From: Eledone cirrhosa
Lineage: Eukaryota
Assembly (NCBI GenBank): GCA_964016885.1
Contig: OZ024754.1
Span: 39,060,001-39,124,000 of the forward strand
Direction: 5' to 3'
Length of the DNA stretch: 64,000 bases
Shown here: positions 41,700 to 54,195 of the stretch, piece by piece
How the letters are laid out: each line of letters starts with the position of its first letter
How positions within the stretch are numbered: position 1 is the first letter of the stretch
Program-made: the position numbers and the translations under genes
Notes under the pieces: generated by a model
The model's input: only the letters and a program-made list of their open reading frames with translations
Databases searched by the model: none
What the model was told of the DNA's origin: nothing

Positions 41700-41760
41700 G
41701 GAGGTGTGCATAATAAAATACATGGAACTCTTTTAACCATCTTTTGATCTTATATTATAT
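41593..41760 (+). mobile_element. Two tandem deletion derivatives of the 44984-45350 family
   Basis: tgtaggaggtg-tgcataataaaatacatggaactcttttaaccatcttttgatcttat at ~41593 and ~41696. Only the cleavage-site end of the hammerhead remains. Confidence 0.75.
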
Positions 41761-41766
41761 ATATTA

Positions 41767-41830
<64 letters not shown>

Positions 41831-42223
41831 TGAAATGATATATGATTAAGGCTTTCTGTATTATATTTATTTACCTCATTATTGTATTCCAAGGTGAGAG
41901 AGATTTTGTATTGTTCACTAAAAGTTCTTGTAAATGTCAAAGATGCCAAGAAGCAGCAAATCTATGTCTGTGTATGTGTGTGTGTGTGTGTGTACGAATA
42001 TATTTATGTATACAGATGTATATGTGTGTGTGTGTGTCTACGTATGTATTTATGTATACTCATGTATATGTATGTGTGTGTGTCTGCATGTGTATTTATG
42101 TATATGTGTGTATGTCTATGTATGTATTTATGTGTATACATGTATGTGTGTGTGTGAGTCTGTGTGTGTATTTATGTATGCACATGTATGTGTGTGTCTC
42201 TGTGTATGTGTGTATTCATGTGT

Positions 42224-42285
<62 letters not shown>

Positions 42286-42719
42286 GTGTATGTGTATTTA
42301 TATCTATATATCTATATGTTTATGTGTATGTGTATTTATATATATATATATATATATATGTTTATGTGTATGTGTGTATGTGTGTATTTATGTGTACATA
42401 TATATATATATATGTATATATATATGTATGTGTATTTATATGTATATATCTATATGTTTATGTGTATGTATGTGTTTGTGTATAGTTTCACATTTATAAA
42501 GAACAAAAGGATCTGATTACAAAAGGTTTGGTAGAATGAAGTTATCTACTTCCACTGGCAAATCAATGTCCCCACTCCACCCACCAATGTCCCCACGTCT
42601 TATAACTTGCAATCTATCCCCCACCCCCACCCACACCCACACCCTACCCTTCACACATATTGCTATCTTCATGTCTATAATATGTTCACTTCCCTTCATA
42701 TTTGACAGTTGAGTTTAAC

Positions 42720-43455
42720 ACCACCACCACCACCACCACTACCACCACCACCACCACTACCATCACTACTACCATCACCACCACTACCACCACCACCACC
42801 ACTATCACCACCACCACCACCATCACCACTACCACCACCATCACTATCACCAATACAGCCACCACCATCACCAAGACCACTACCACTATCACCACCACCA
42901 TCACCACCACCACCATCACTATCACCAACACAGCCACCACCATCACCATCACCATCACCATCACCACCACCACCACCTCCACCACTATCACCACTATCAC
43001 CACCACCACCACCATCACCACCGCCACCACTATCACCACCATCACCACCACCACTATCACCACCATCACCACTATCACCAACACAGCCACCACCATCACC
43101 ATCACCATCACCAAGACCACCACCACCACCTCCACCACTATCACCACCATCACCACCACCACTATCACCACCACCACCACCACCATCACCACCACCACCG
43201 CCACCATCACTATCACCAACACAGCCACCACCATCACCAAGACCACCACCACCACCACCACCATCACCACCGCCACCAACAACACCACCACCACAATCAC
43301 CACCACCACCACCACTACCACCAACACAGCCACCACCATCACCATCACCATCACCAAGACCACCACCACCACCTCCACCACTATCACCACCATCACCACC
43401 GCCACCAACACCACCACCACAATCACCACCACCACCACCACTACCACCATCATCA
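42720..43455. repeat. (CAC)/(CAT) compound trinucleotide repeat
   Basis: Directly visible. It generates the poly-P/T/G/V ORFs. Confidence 0.95.
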
Positions 43456-43749
43456 CATACCTCTCGTAGACTGCCAAGGTTACCCAAACCACCATCACAG
43501 CCTTCACCCTATGATAACTTTAGCATCCTGGCAAGGCCAACACTTTATTACACCTACATATTTCTAGTATGGTGAGAATAGCGACAGGGGAGACAAACAA
43601 TGGTGGGAATAAAGCTAATGATGAATGTTATAAAGAGAAATGGAATAGAATGAGATGTCTGGGACATGTGTTGAGGAAGGAAAAAAACCACTGGAAGAGA
43701 GGAGTTAGAAGACTAGAACCAGTAATGGATGTTGTGAGGTAGGATTTGC

Positions 43750-44330
43750 ATTACCAGTCTGGAACCCCTATCTTGCTCAGAACATTGACCGCCTGGAAAT
43801 TGTTCAGAGACGTGCAACTAAGTGAATACCCTTCATCAGGCATCTACCATACTTTGAACGCCTTGCTTCCCTGGGCATAGATATGGATACATTGAAGCTC
43901 TGTCGTCTGGCAACTGACTCACCCACAAAATTATTAACCATCTTGCCAACAACAACCCTGAGCACCTTTTTGAATTCTATGTGTCTAACACCCGCGGACA
44001 TGCCTACAAAGACAGAAAGCAGCACAGCTCCCATGACTTTCGGAAACATTTTTTCATGCTCAGAGTTGCTGAAGCATGGAACAAACTACCTGCATCAGTT
44101 ATTAGCTGTCGAGACACTGCATCCTTTGAAACTTCCATGCTTCCTGAAATTCGCCAACACTACACCTGATATCCCCTCTCCATATACACTAACATATGTA
44201 TATCATGACTCATATAGTGTTCACTTTCCTGACATTTTTACATTATTCTATGTACTATACATGCACCATTGATGAATTGTAGTGCACCTGAGCACTATAC
44301 ACAATGATTTCATTATAATTATTATTATAA
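43750..44330 (+). mobile_element. CR1-clade LINE 3' fragment inserted among RTE remnants
   Basis: VWNPYL...LEIVQRRATK...YFERLASLG, TRGHAYK...RKHFFMLRVAEAWNKLP, then 3' UTR gtgcacctgagcac and an (ATT)n tail. A decayed RTE tail GHVLRK...RGRPRK follows at 44380-44570. Confidence 0.85.
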
Positions 44331-44896
44331 GGATGGGAACCTGAGCTAGAGTGATGGGATTACAACCACTGATGGATGTTGTGAGGTAAAATGGAATGTG
44401 AGGGTTAGGTCATGTGTTGAGGAAGGATGTAAGTGAGTGGGGGGAAAAGAATAATGGAAATAGATGTGGAAGTAAGTAGAGGAAGGGGAAGACCAAGAAA
44501 GATATGGCTGAAGGTAATGGAGAGAGAAATGGAAGCCAAGGGTGTCTAGTAGGAGTGATGCAGAAGATAGGACAAAAAGCTTGTCATGGAGCTTGGAAAA
44601 CTAATTCCTGTTTTGTGTGCTGTTTTTGTAGACCTCTAGCACACTGCTAAAACCATTGAGACCTCAACAAATACAAAGCTTTGTATCGCTTGGGTGAAGT
44701 GACTGTTTCTGCGCATTCGTGTTCATACAGTTGTTCTTCCTGTTCCGTAAAGCCATGACCAGTACAAGCTGAAGATCCGCTAGCATGAAACAATTGTTCT
44801 CAGTATGGTGAACTAACTGTTGTGTTACCACTTCTACCTAACTCGTCCCATGGACTGAGTGCTCTACCACTACGGATATTGCTTTCCAGTGTTCTA

Positions 44897-44980
<84 letters not shown>

Positions 44981-44983
44981 TAT

Positions 44984-45349
44984 ATAATATAAGATCAAAA
45001 GATGGTTAAAGGAGTTCCATATATTTTATTATGCGCATTTCAAAAACAAACATCATCAAACAATAATATTTGTGTTTTCATCAGATAAAACAGATATGTT
45101 GATTTAAAACTGCACTATCAACAAATGTTTTTTAGCCTTCATATCATGTTCTCCTGTTTTATCTGATGAAAACACAAATATTATTGTTTGATGATGTTTG
45201 TTTTTGAAATGCGCATAATAAAATATATGGAACTCCTTTAACCATCTTTTGATCTTATATTATGCATACTCCAGTCCCACAAACTGTAGAGTGCTTCTTA
45301 TCCGATATCTGCATTGCTTTATTGTACTACAATAAAACTCACCTCCTAC

Positions 45350-45350
<1 letters not shown>
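44984..45350 (+). mobile_element. Hammerhead-bearing fold-back element in (TA)n
   Basis: 110-bp inverted arms (44984-45093 and 45154-45263) around a 60-bp spacer, then a unique tail ending tcacctcctaca|(ta)n. Confidence 0.85.
45155..45225 (+). ncRNA. Minimal type I hammerhead ribozyme (antisense mirror at 45022-45092)
   Basis: Helix I tgttttat/ataaaata, CTGATGA 45163-45169, helix II, GAAA 45206-45209, palindrome ATGCGCAT, AUA triplet ending at 45217. Confidence 0.8.
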
Positions 45351-45385
<35 letters not shown>

Positions 45386-45916
45386 ACAAGTTTTATTAAA
45401 AATACCTAATCACACATAACTGTTTTTTGTGTGTAAAGAACTCTTAGGTTTCTGGAGAATGGTGCTCTAGCTGGTTGCTAGACTTAAAAATAGCAGTCAA
45501 ACTTCCTCCATATTACACCCTGCCATCCTTAAACAAGAAATGACACAATTGAAAATGTAGTCCTAATTAGATACTCCTAAATATATGGGATGGTCATGAC
45601 TGGAATGTCTTTGATAATCGGTTTTATTAAAGAATGTATTCCTACTCTGCTGCTACACAACCTACTCACACCCTGTTCATCCACCCCCGTACTTACATCA
45701 GCCAATATGTACACTCACTCATACATATACTTTACACTCACATATGCACTCACATACACATACACAGATATACACATATACACACACATATACACATACA
45801 TACATGCACACATGTATACACACATACACAGGAATACACATGTATACACATGTACACAGGAACACACACACACACACGTTTCATCACCAACATCATTTTT
45901 ACATCCGTTTTTTTCC

Positions 45917-46270
45917 AATACGATGTATGCTTAATCAAATTATCATTCTGATGATTTGATTAAGCATACATCGTATTTAAAATTGAGTGACACAACTTCA
46001 AGTGATTAGCAATTTTAAGACAACTTAACCAATGAAACAATTGTTAATACTGTAAATAAAACCCTTTTTGTACTGTTGACCATGTTATTCTTCACTCTTT
46101 CACTATTATTACTCCAAGATTAACCTACATAGGAACTCCCGAGAACTCATATACTCGCTACCTAAGGGAAGCTCTTGTTGAGTCAAACAACGCTGTATGC
46201 TAAAACTATCCACAATACGGAGTATTCACAACCTCTAACTGGATTACCTATAACGATAATTTGTTATCCC
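45917..46270 (+). mobile_element. Hammerhead-bearing element with short 5' fold-back, ending at (TA)n
   Basis: Arm 45917-45945 is the inverse of 45949-45977. CTGATGA 45948-45954, helix II ttgattaag/cttaaccaa, GAAA 46034-46037, palindrome AACAATTGTT, GUU triplet. Confidence 0.7.
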
Positions 46271-47714
46271 TTATATATATATATATATATATTTGTGTGT
46301 GTGTTTCTATGTCTGTGTTTATATCTACTATATGTTTATGACCCATAACTTAGTAATTTGACAAAAAGGGATTGGTAAAAATAAGTACTGGGATCAATAT
46401 GACCGACTAAAATCCCTTCAAGATGGTGCCCCCAGCATGGCCACTGTCTGATGACTGAAAGAAGTAAAATAAGATAAAAGAATAAGAATAAGTAATCTTC
46501 TGCCTGTTATGTAAGCAACACAGTATGATCAGTGGATTTTGAAACTGGAAGAAAACTTCATATGAAATTATTTTCAAATATAGAATTTCTGGTTTTCATA
46601 TTTCAGTAAGACTGTTGGCATTTTACCAAAACTTATGGAGGAAACTTAGTGAAATTTAGTGAATTTTTAGGATTTTATGAAAACTTTTAAATAAAATCTG
46701 AGATCCCAAATAAATATTTAGTGTTTGTTTTGAATTTTTTTTTTATTCAATTTCAGAGAATTCTTCAGCCTTTCCCTTAACTCTTTCATTACCATATTTC
46801 TAATGAAATACACTCTACATTTGCTTCTGTTAAGGATTTTGTAATATAACTAACTTTCTTATTATCAAACTAGTATTTACAACATACCTTAACAAAAGAT
46901 TCTTAAATGAAATTATGAAAATTAGATAAAAACTGAAAACACTTTGAAACAGGTTTTTGCATCATAGAAACAGGCACAGTTTCAGGTTGTTTTGTATTAA
47001 AAGGAAAGAGATTTTTGAAATTTCAATGAAATCTCCACATCTATATTCTGATATTTAGGACCCATTACTAAAATACATAAGTAGTTTTAAATGGGTAGTG
47101 AGAGCTACATTTCACATGTAGCCTGGGCTTATTACCAGTTTTGGGGCTTACATATTGCATCTGGCATGGGCCTATTACTAGTTTTGGGCCTGGGCAGATT
47201 AGCAGTTACAGCGAATTACATTTTACATCTGGTTATGGCCTATTACTAATTTTAATGTATTAAAATTACACCTATACAAATGAGGAAAACCCAAATCAGG
47301 GGAGATAATCTAACCCAAATTAAGTACCACAGGTATGTACTAATATATAATTCTATTGTGTTTTTGTACGTCACGCGAAGGGAGGTAACTCATCTATGTT
47401 TCAGTTACCTGTGTTACTCATTCATACGCACACACACTCACACACATATGTGTGTGCATGTAATAATTATTTTCCCTGAGTCTGTTTATGTGTATGCTTG
47501 TGTAGATGTGTGTGTATGTAATAATTATTTTTAACTGGCGTTCTTAGATTGGCTACACTTTTGTGGGTGTATATGAGTGTTGTTCAAGGAGCCAAGTCCC
47601 TAGCAATATCGAAATAAATTAGAATTATCGAGAATATAAAACGACCGCAGTTGAAAGGTATATACAAATACACATCTGCTCTTTAGCCGTTATTTTTGAC
47701 GGCACGGGGCCAGT

Positions 47715-47905
47715 TAGTTCAAATGTACTTGAAAGCAGCGATAAACTGGACTCCACCTCGCAGCAAACAGAAGCGGGATTGCCCCAGGATCACCTGTTGA
47801 GGAACGTTCCCAAAAGACCTGATGGCAGTCAACATCACTTGGCACAGACGCGAAAAAGCCGCCGCTGATCGTGATCGTTGGAACCTAGTTACTGCGCGGA
47901 AAGGT
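47715..47905 (+). mobile_element. Decayed RTE LINE 3' fragment
   Basis: Translates to AINWTPPRSKQKRDCPRITC...AAADRDRWN, resembling RTE C-termini. Confidence 0.55.
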
Positions 47906-48464
47906 GCGGAAGAACCTAAGAATATGCAATATATCGAAATCATGACACCTCATAGTTAGTAAATGTTAGACCAAGGGACATAACAAGGTATGACATTATG
48001 TAAAGGGAAATAACTCTTGCTTTTCCATGTATACGGTGTACTGATTATAGACTAGATACATATAGTTACAAAGTCAGAAAGAAACAGTCGATTATATCAA
48101 CGCCAATACTTGACGGCTGCTATATTTTTATTGACCCCCGAAAGGATGAAAGGTAAAGTTGACTTCTGCAGGATTTGAACTCAAAACCCACAAGGCATGG
48201 TGTCACTCTGATACACACATACATGAATACATACATGATGGTTGCCTCCTCGGTATCGAGTATTAGAATTTTTTTCGTAACCGTAATACAATTTTCTGTT
48301 AGTTGACCTAAACTAAAGGGCTTCACTGATAGGGTTACATGTGTTGTAATTTCCCAGTTCCATGTTATGGAAAGAAGTTGTGGTGAATCTTTGGAATAGT
48401 GCTCAATAAATATTAATGGCCCTAATATTTGTTGCCATGTTCAAAAGTGGCCCGCCGATGGAAT

Positions 48465-48670
48465 ATGTTGCACACCCAGCTCTAGAGTGTGTCTGCCTAG
48501 AATATGGTGATGGTAAGCGCTCAGACGGGATAACCCTTTTCATGTTCAAGGGAGGTAAGTCTGCGACACGTTCTCCGCCTCCAGTTTTAGTCGAATCGGT
48601 CCCAAGCCCAGGCACTGCTGTTCGTAAGGCGGGGGGGAGAGAGATAGCTAAATATCGGTACTTATTTTGC
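48465..48670 (+). pseudogene. Fragment of a restriction-like endonuclease from a CRE-type non-LTR retrotransposon
   Basis: LE...L.YGDGKRSDGITLFMFKGGKS...PGTAVRKA...IAKYRYL resembles the DGKRPDG-x-TLxPW/F-x2-GK and AA..AE..K..KY motifs of CRE RLE domains. Confidence 0.6.
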
Positions 48671-49018
48671 ATATACATATGAGTTATTTTTGTTCATGTG
48701 GTTAATTATTTTTACATATATTTCATTACTGCACTAGGGCTTGATAAACACAACCACAAGGATATGGTCCGAACGTGGAAGAGCCGAACTCCCACTGTCA
48801 TCACTTCCATCTCTCTCGCCCTCCTCATCTCTCGGTATGATGAGTGGGTTACGTACAAAACGTCATTTTGACGTTCGTGTCGATTTCAGTATGGACGTCG
48901 CCCCTTACTTTTGCTATGTAATTATTTCTCTCTCTCTCTCTCTTTTTAATATGCAAACGTTAATGGGTTGTTCACTACTTTCTTATCTTGAAATAAATAT
49001 ATAGTTTCACTTTTATTT

Positions 49019-49062
<44 letters not shown>

Positions 49063-49584
49063 TAGATCTGGAGTGTGTGGTTTCGAGGAAATGGCTGAAC
49101 GGAATATTTCGATGCGTTTGTTTACATTTCGTCTATCGCTTAGAATTTTGTTTTTACTTGTTTAAATGCAAATATATTTCGTTAAATCAAGTATTCCAGA
49201 GACCTTTTAAACACTTTCAAATGACTTGCAGAAATATATTTCGCTTTAAATGACGTTAGGCGCCGATATATTGCGATGAATACCGGAAATAGGCGAAAGC
49301 TATCTGAATGTTTAACAATTATTAAACTAATTAAAGTTTCCATTTTAATTACTACATCATTTTGTTTTTTCCTCTATGGATATATATAAAACTGGTCAAG
49401 TTGATATTAAATTTTCGGCTTAGAAAATAACACAATCTCGTTCATTTCAATTCACCCACCTAATTATGAACTTTTGAATTCACTTTCACTTCGCGGTATA
49501 CCAACTCTGTAAATGTTATCAACTGTTATTTACTAACACAGATAATCATCGGTAATTTCCTTGCTTTCTTTTATTTTCTCAGTA

Positions 49585-50382
49585 ATGGAGACAAAGGAGA
49601 CAAAATGTATTTTCCTCAATGAGACGTTGCAGACTTTCTGTTCACGTTGTTCATCTTTTAAAGACATTTCTTATAAACACTTTTTTAAAATAGCTATTGA
49701 ACTTGGCTTGAATTTTATAGCTATCAAGACTTTAGAAGAAATACTTATGAAAAAAGACTTGGGCCATAAGCTGTATTATGTCTTCAGTGCATTCATCAGT
49801 ACCCGCTCTGACCGAACAAATAAAGAAATATGTGACGAAATTGCCGAGAGGATATCTCAGATTGAGAATGATGATTTAATGGTAGATATATTCAATGAAT
49901 TTAAACTATACCGTGAGTGTGCTGATGATGGTTGTAGCCATAAAATAGCTACCACCCTTTATCCAAATATTAAATGGCAATCTTTCGAGGAAAGTAACGA
50001 CGTTATATTATCAAACCAAGACCTTTTAATTTTGGTAGAAACAATACCTGATTCCAGCTCCACTTTTGCCAGCGAGATAGGATTATTAGACTACTATGCA
50101 GTAATTCTGAATAAGTTTCCAACAGACGAACTCGAGTGGCGTAGGAAAGTGGAAATTATCTTTAAAGGCCGAGAATTTTATACTTATCGTTTTTTAGATC
50201 TCCTTAACAATAATTATGACCAGGATAAAATTTGGGAGAAAAAGAAAATAGCGATTAAGACAGGTGTGGAAAACGAGAAGGAAAAAGAAAAAACTAAGAA
50301 AAGTGAGGAAAATACTGAGAATCGAAGTACAATTCATCAAAACACCTATATCAGAATTAGTAAAATACAATTCTCCGAATAA
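49585..50382 (+). CDS. 265-aa ORF, putative tandem death-domain-like protein
   Basis: Non-repetitive ORF with a polypyrimidine acceptor ttttattttctcag 2 nt before the ATG. Two segments have death-fold-like patterns (FKIAIELGL..IKTLEE...YYVFSAF; LSNQDLLILVETIP...FASEIGL...KFPTD). Confidence 0.65.
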   Translation: METKETKCIFLNETLQTFCSRCSSFKDISYKHFFKIAIELGLNFIAIKTLEEILMKKDLGHKLYYVFSAFISTRSDRTNKEICDEIAERISQIENDDLMVDIFNEFKLYRECADDGCSHKIATTLYPNIKWQSFEESNDVILSNQDLLILVETIPDSSSTFASEIGLLDYYAVILNKFPTDELEWRRKVEIIFKGREFYTYRFLDLLNNNYDQDKIWEKKKIAIKTGVENEKEKEKTKKSEENTENRSTIHQNTYIRISKIQFSE

Positions 50383-50869
50383 GGACGGTCGTTTTTGTTT
50401 TTTGCCACCCCCTCTCTTTCTTTTTTTCGCGCTTTGGTTATATATTTTGGTGCATTGTTCTTAGCAATAGTTTATTGTATTTGTTATGTTTTTATATTTT
50501 CATTCTAAAATAATTGTGAGCAATTTGTTATGTTATTTATGAGTATACTTAAAACTTTAAAAATTTATTTGCGTAAAAAAAAAAAAAAAAAAAAAAAATG
50601 TGAGAAATAATATCACAAAGAAATCAACGCTGACTCCGAATTATTGAACTCCGAATTGATTTGTGCCACAGCGTAGTCCGGTGATCTTTTGATGTAATAT
50701 GACAGACACTTCCGCATTCTCCACCTGTGAAAATGACTCGAGAATTTTGCTTGCTCAGTAATCGTCAGCATAATTTTATGCAATTTTTTTTTCTCTCACT
50801 TTGATTATATATTTTTGTGTATTATCATATTTATAAGGTTCCAATCAATAATTAATTATAAATATATTA

Positions 50870-51060
50870 GGGCGGTGGATTGGCAGTATCGGTGGAGGGT
50901 CGGACACCATGCTTTGACGCATAGAGTTACATCCCTTGCCATTCTGTGTTCAAATCCCGCCGAGGTTAACTTTGCCTTTCATCGTTACGGGGTCGATGAA
51001 TAAAGTACCAGTGATGTACTTGTATAATTCCTGGCCTTAACCAAAAGTAGAAACAATTAT
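50870..51060 (+). mobile_element. tRNA-derived SINE, family A, with TSD
   Basis: Full consensus flanked by attataaatata duplication. A 5'-truncated copy follows at 51194-51350. Confidence 0.9.
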
Positions 51061-51370
51061 AAATATATCATGTGTGTTTATTTTCACATCAGTCAATACT
51101 TATCTTGTTATATATAATTGTTACTTATTTTTCTTAGATATTAAATCACTCGATTTTAATCATTTTTGGTTTTATGTTTATCATAAGATAATTCCATGCT
51201 TTACAACATAGAGTTATGGCCGTTTACAGTCTGAATTCAAATCCTGCCGAGGTTAACTTTGCCTTTCATCCTTACGGGGTCGATAAAATAAAACACCAGT
51301 AATGTACTGGGATAATTGCTGGCCTAGTGCCAAAAGTAGAAACAATTATTCTATGTACTATACATGCACC

Positions 51371-51840
51371 TGTACAGCCACCGGAAATAACATCTGTGAA
51401 ATATACAGCGCCATCTACCTGTTAGCTAGCTACTTCAACGTGAAACAAAAGAACCCTTAAAACCTATCAGAATAAACGCCTACACATCGGCTAAACATCA
51501 AACGATTGTTTCTGTATAAATAGAGTGGTTCCAAACACTTCGCTAGTCGACTTTTGGCAGAGTCAGCTAGCACATCGTTGTTCCACCCCTTGTACCTCGT
51601 ATTGTCGCTTCATGTGAAAATAAATATCTGATCGAATTTACATCTTGCCTTGCTTCGTCCTTTCAACTTGTGCTTTCGTCTGTCCATCCTCAACAGTTCT
51701 TTTAAGGGCTATATGCGACAACAGTCCTTTTAAGGGCTATCTTCAGATCTGATCAGACCGTATGCGATAAGAGTCCTTCTAAGGGCTATTCTCGGATCTG
51801 ATCAGAAGTAGTGACTAGACTGACTAACCACGTCGCTACA
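51371..51840 (+). mobile_element. 5' LTR of a Gypsy element
   Basis: Starts TGT and ends cgctACA, immediately before PBS TGGTGACCCGAACGTG (51843-51858, tRNA-Trp-like). Internal TATAAATA, AATAAA and three copies of agt(c/t)ctt.taagggctat. Confidence 0.75.
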
Positions 51841-51899
51841 ATTGGTGACCCGAACGTGGGTCGAACGCGCAACCAGACAGCACCTAAGAAAATATCAAC

Positions 51900-54195
51900 A
51901 TGGGCATGTCACAAACGACAGAGGCCGAGATTTCGGAGCTGCAGGCTATGATCAGAGAGCGGGCTGGTCAAATTAAAGCCCTCTCGAATCAAGTAGAGAA
52001 CTTGACCTTTCAAACACACAGGCGACGCAGCAACATTCGATCCAGGCCTTTTCACAGTAGTCCCAGTCAAAATCGTGTGCCTGGCAACCTCTGCTGGTAT
52101 CACACAAATTTCGGCACACAGGCATCTAAGTGCAAAGCCCCGTGCTCTTTCCGGAATGCCACCCAGGGCCTAGCGACGACGTTCACGCCTGGTACTGAAA
52201 AGAAAAGTCGTCTATTTTTTATTAACGACCAGGCGACAGGCATCCGTTACCTCGTGGATACAGGAGCCCAGGTTAGTGTTATTCCTGTTTCACTAATCTC
52301 GGGCAAAAGACACCCAACCCCGTCCTTTTTGCAGGCAGTGAACCAATCGTCAATTCCGACTTTCGGGGAGAAGTCTCTGACCCTCAATTTAGGCCTGAGG
52401 CGGCGTTTTCAATGGGTGTTCGTCGTGGCAGACCTGCCGACCCCGATCCTAGGAGCCGATTTTCTCCACCACTTCAACCTTCTGGTGGATATGAAGAACC
52501 GGAGGCTTATTGACGCCACCACAAACCTCACTGTGAGAGGTATATTTACCACGCAATCCACAGTGAGCCCTGTAATTTGCCAGTCAGAGCCTTCGTGTTA
52601 CAACGGCATTCTCCAGAAATACCCAGACATCACTCGCCCGGTATTTAAGGATGGTCCCATTAAGCATAGTGTCACGCACCACATCGAGACAAAGGGACCA
52701 CCCACAGCTGCCTGACCAAGGAGACTGCCTCCAGACCGATTGAGAATCGCCAGACAGGAGTTCCAACACATGCTGGACCTCGGAATCATTCGCCCTTCCT
52801 CCAGCAACTGGTCTGCACCCCTACACCTTGTTCCAAAAAAAAACGAGAATGATTGGCAACCATGTGGGGATTATCGTGCACTTAACAATTCTACAGTGCC
52901 CGATAATTACCCTGTACCTCACCTGCACGATTTTTCCGCCTCTCTGCAAGGCGCACGCATCTTTTCCAAGGTAGATTTGGTGCGTGCATATAACCAGATA
53001 CCAATGGAGCCTGCAGACATTCCGAAGACCGCAATCGCAACACCGTTCGGTTTATTCGAATTCCTGCGAATGCCGTTCGGTCTGCGCAACGCTGCACAAA
53101 CTTTTCAGCGGTTTATTGACACCGTGTTACGCGATCTACCCTTCGTATACGCGTATATTGACGACGTACTGGTAGCAAGTGCTTCCGAGCATGAACACCA
53201 GAAGCACTTAGATCTCCTTTTCCGACGTTTGGCTGAGTACGGTATCATCATCAACCCCAGCAAGTGCCTTCTCGGCGTTCCTTCACTGTCCTTTCTCGGG
53301 TACATCATCGATAAAGACAGCATTCGTCCACTTCCCGAGAAAGTAGAAGCTATCCGCAGTTTTCCCGCACCTACATCACTTCGGAAACTGCGTGAATTCC
53401 TCGGTCTGGTGAATTTTTATAGGCGGTTCATCCCTCATTGTTCCGATGTAGCCAGACTGCTCACGGACCTTCTTCGTAACCAGACTCGCAAAAACGAAGA
53501 GATCACTCTAACCGAGGAAGAATTAACATCTTTTAACCGCCTGAAGGAAATATTGGCAAACGCTTCCATGCTCGTTTTCCCCAGGTCTGGTGCTCCTCTT
53601 TCGCTGCTAGTGGACGCATCAGACACGGGGGTTGGAGGCGTTCTACAACAACATGTCAATGGCGTGTGGCAACCCTTATCCTTCTTTTCTAAGCGGTTGC
53701 AACCGGCAGAAACGAAATACAGTACCTTTGGCCGCGAACTCTTGGCAACCTATCTTTCGGTTAAGCATTTTCGGCACATGCTCCAAGGATCAGATTTTGT
53801 GATCTACACGGACCATAAACCATTAGTTTATGCGTTCCGTACCAAACCTGATAGACATTCACCTAGAGAACTCCGACACCTGGATTTTGTCTCCCAATAT
53901 TCAACTGATATTCGGCATATCAAGGGATCAGACAACGTAGCAGCCGACGCACTGTCCCGAATCCAGCTGAACGCAATACATGTGCATTCAGGCATCGACC
54001 TTCAACAGATCGCAGCTGACCAAGAGTCTGACGAAGAGTTTATCAAGCTCCGAGATTCGCCATCCCTCAAGTTTCAGCAAGTTCCCATTCCTTCTTCTCC
54101 GGGACAAATTTGATGCGACTTTTCTACCGGTCATGAACGACAGATGCATCGTCGACAAGTTTTTTCTGCTTTACACTGCTTGTCTCACCCGGGAA
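51900..54195 (+). pseudogene. Ty3/Gypsy gag-pol remnant: gag C-terminus, protease, RT, RNase H, truncated before the integrase core
   Basis: CWYH...[44 protein letters not shown]...[16 protein letters not shown]. In-frame stop at 52713-52715. Breaks off at ~54195. Confidence 0.95.

Noticed and set aside
42686-43575. Extensin-like poly-Pro, mucin-like poly-Thr and Gly-rich ORFs (also 13.6-14.4 and 33.8-34.9 kb)
   Set aside because: (CAC)n/(GGT)n trinucleotide repeats open in most frames.
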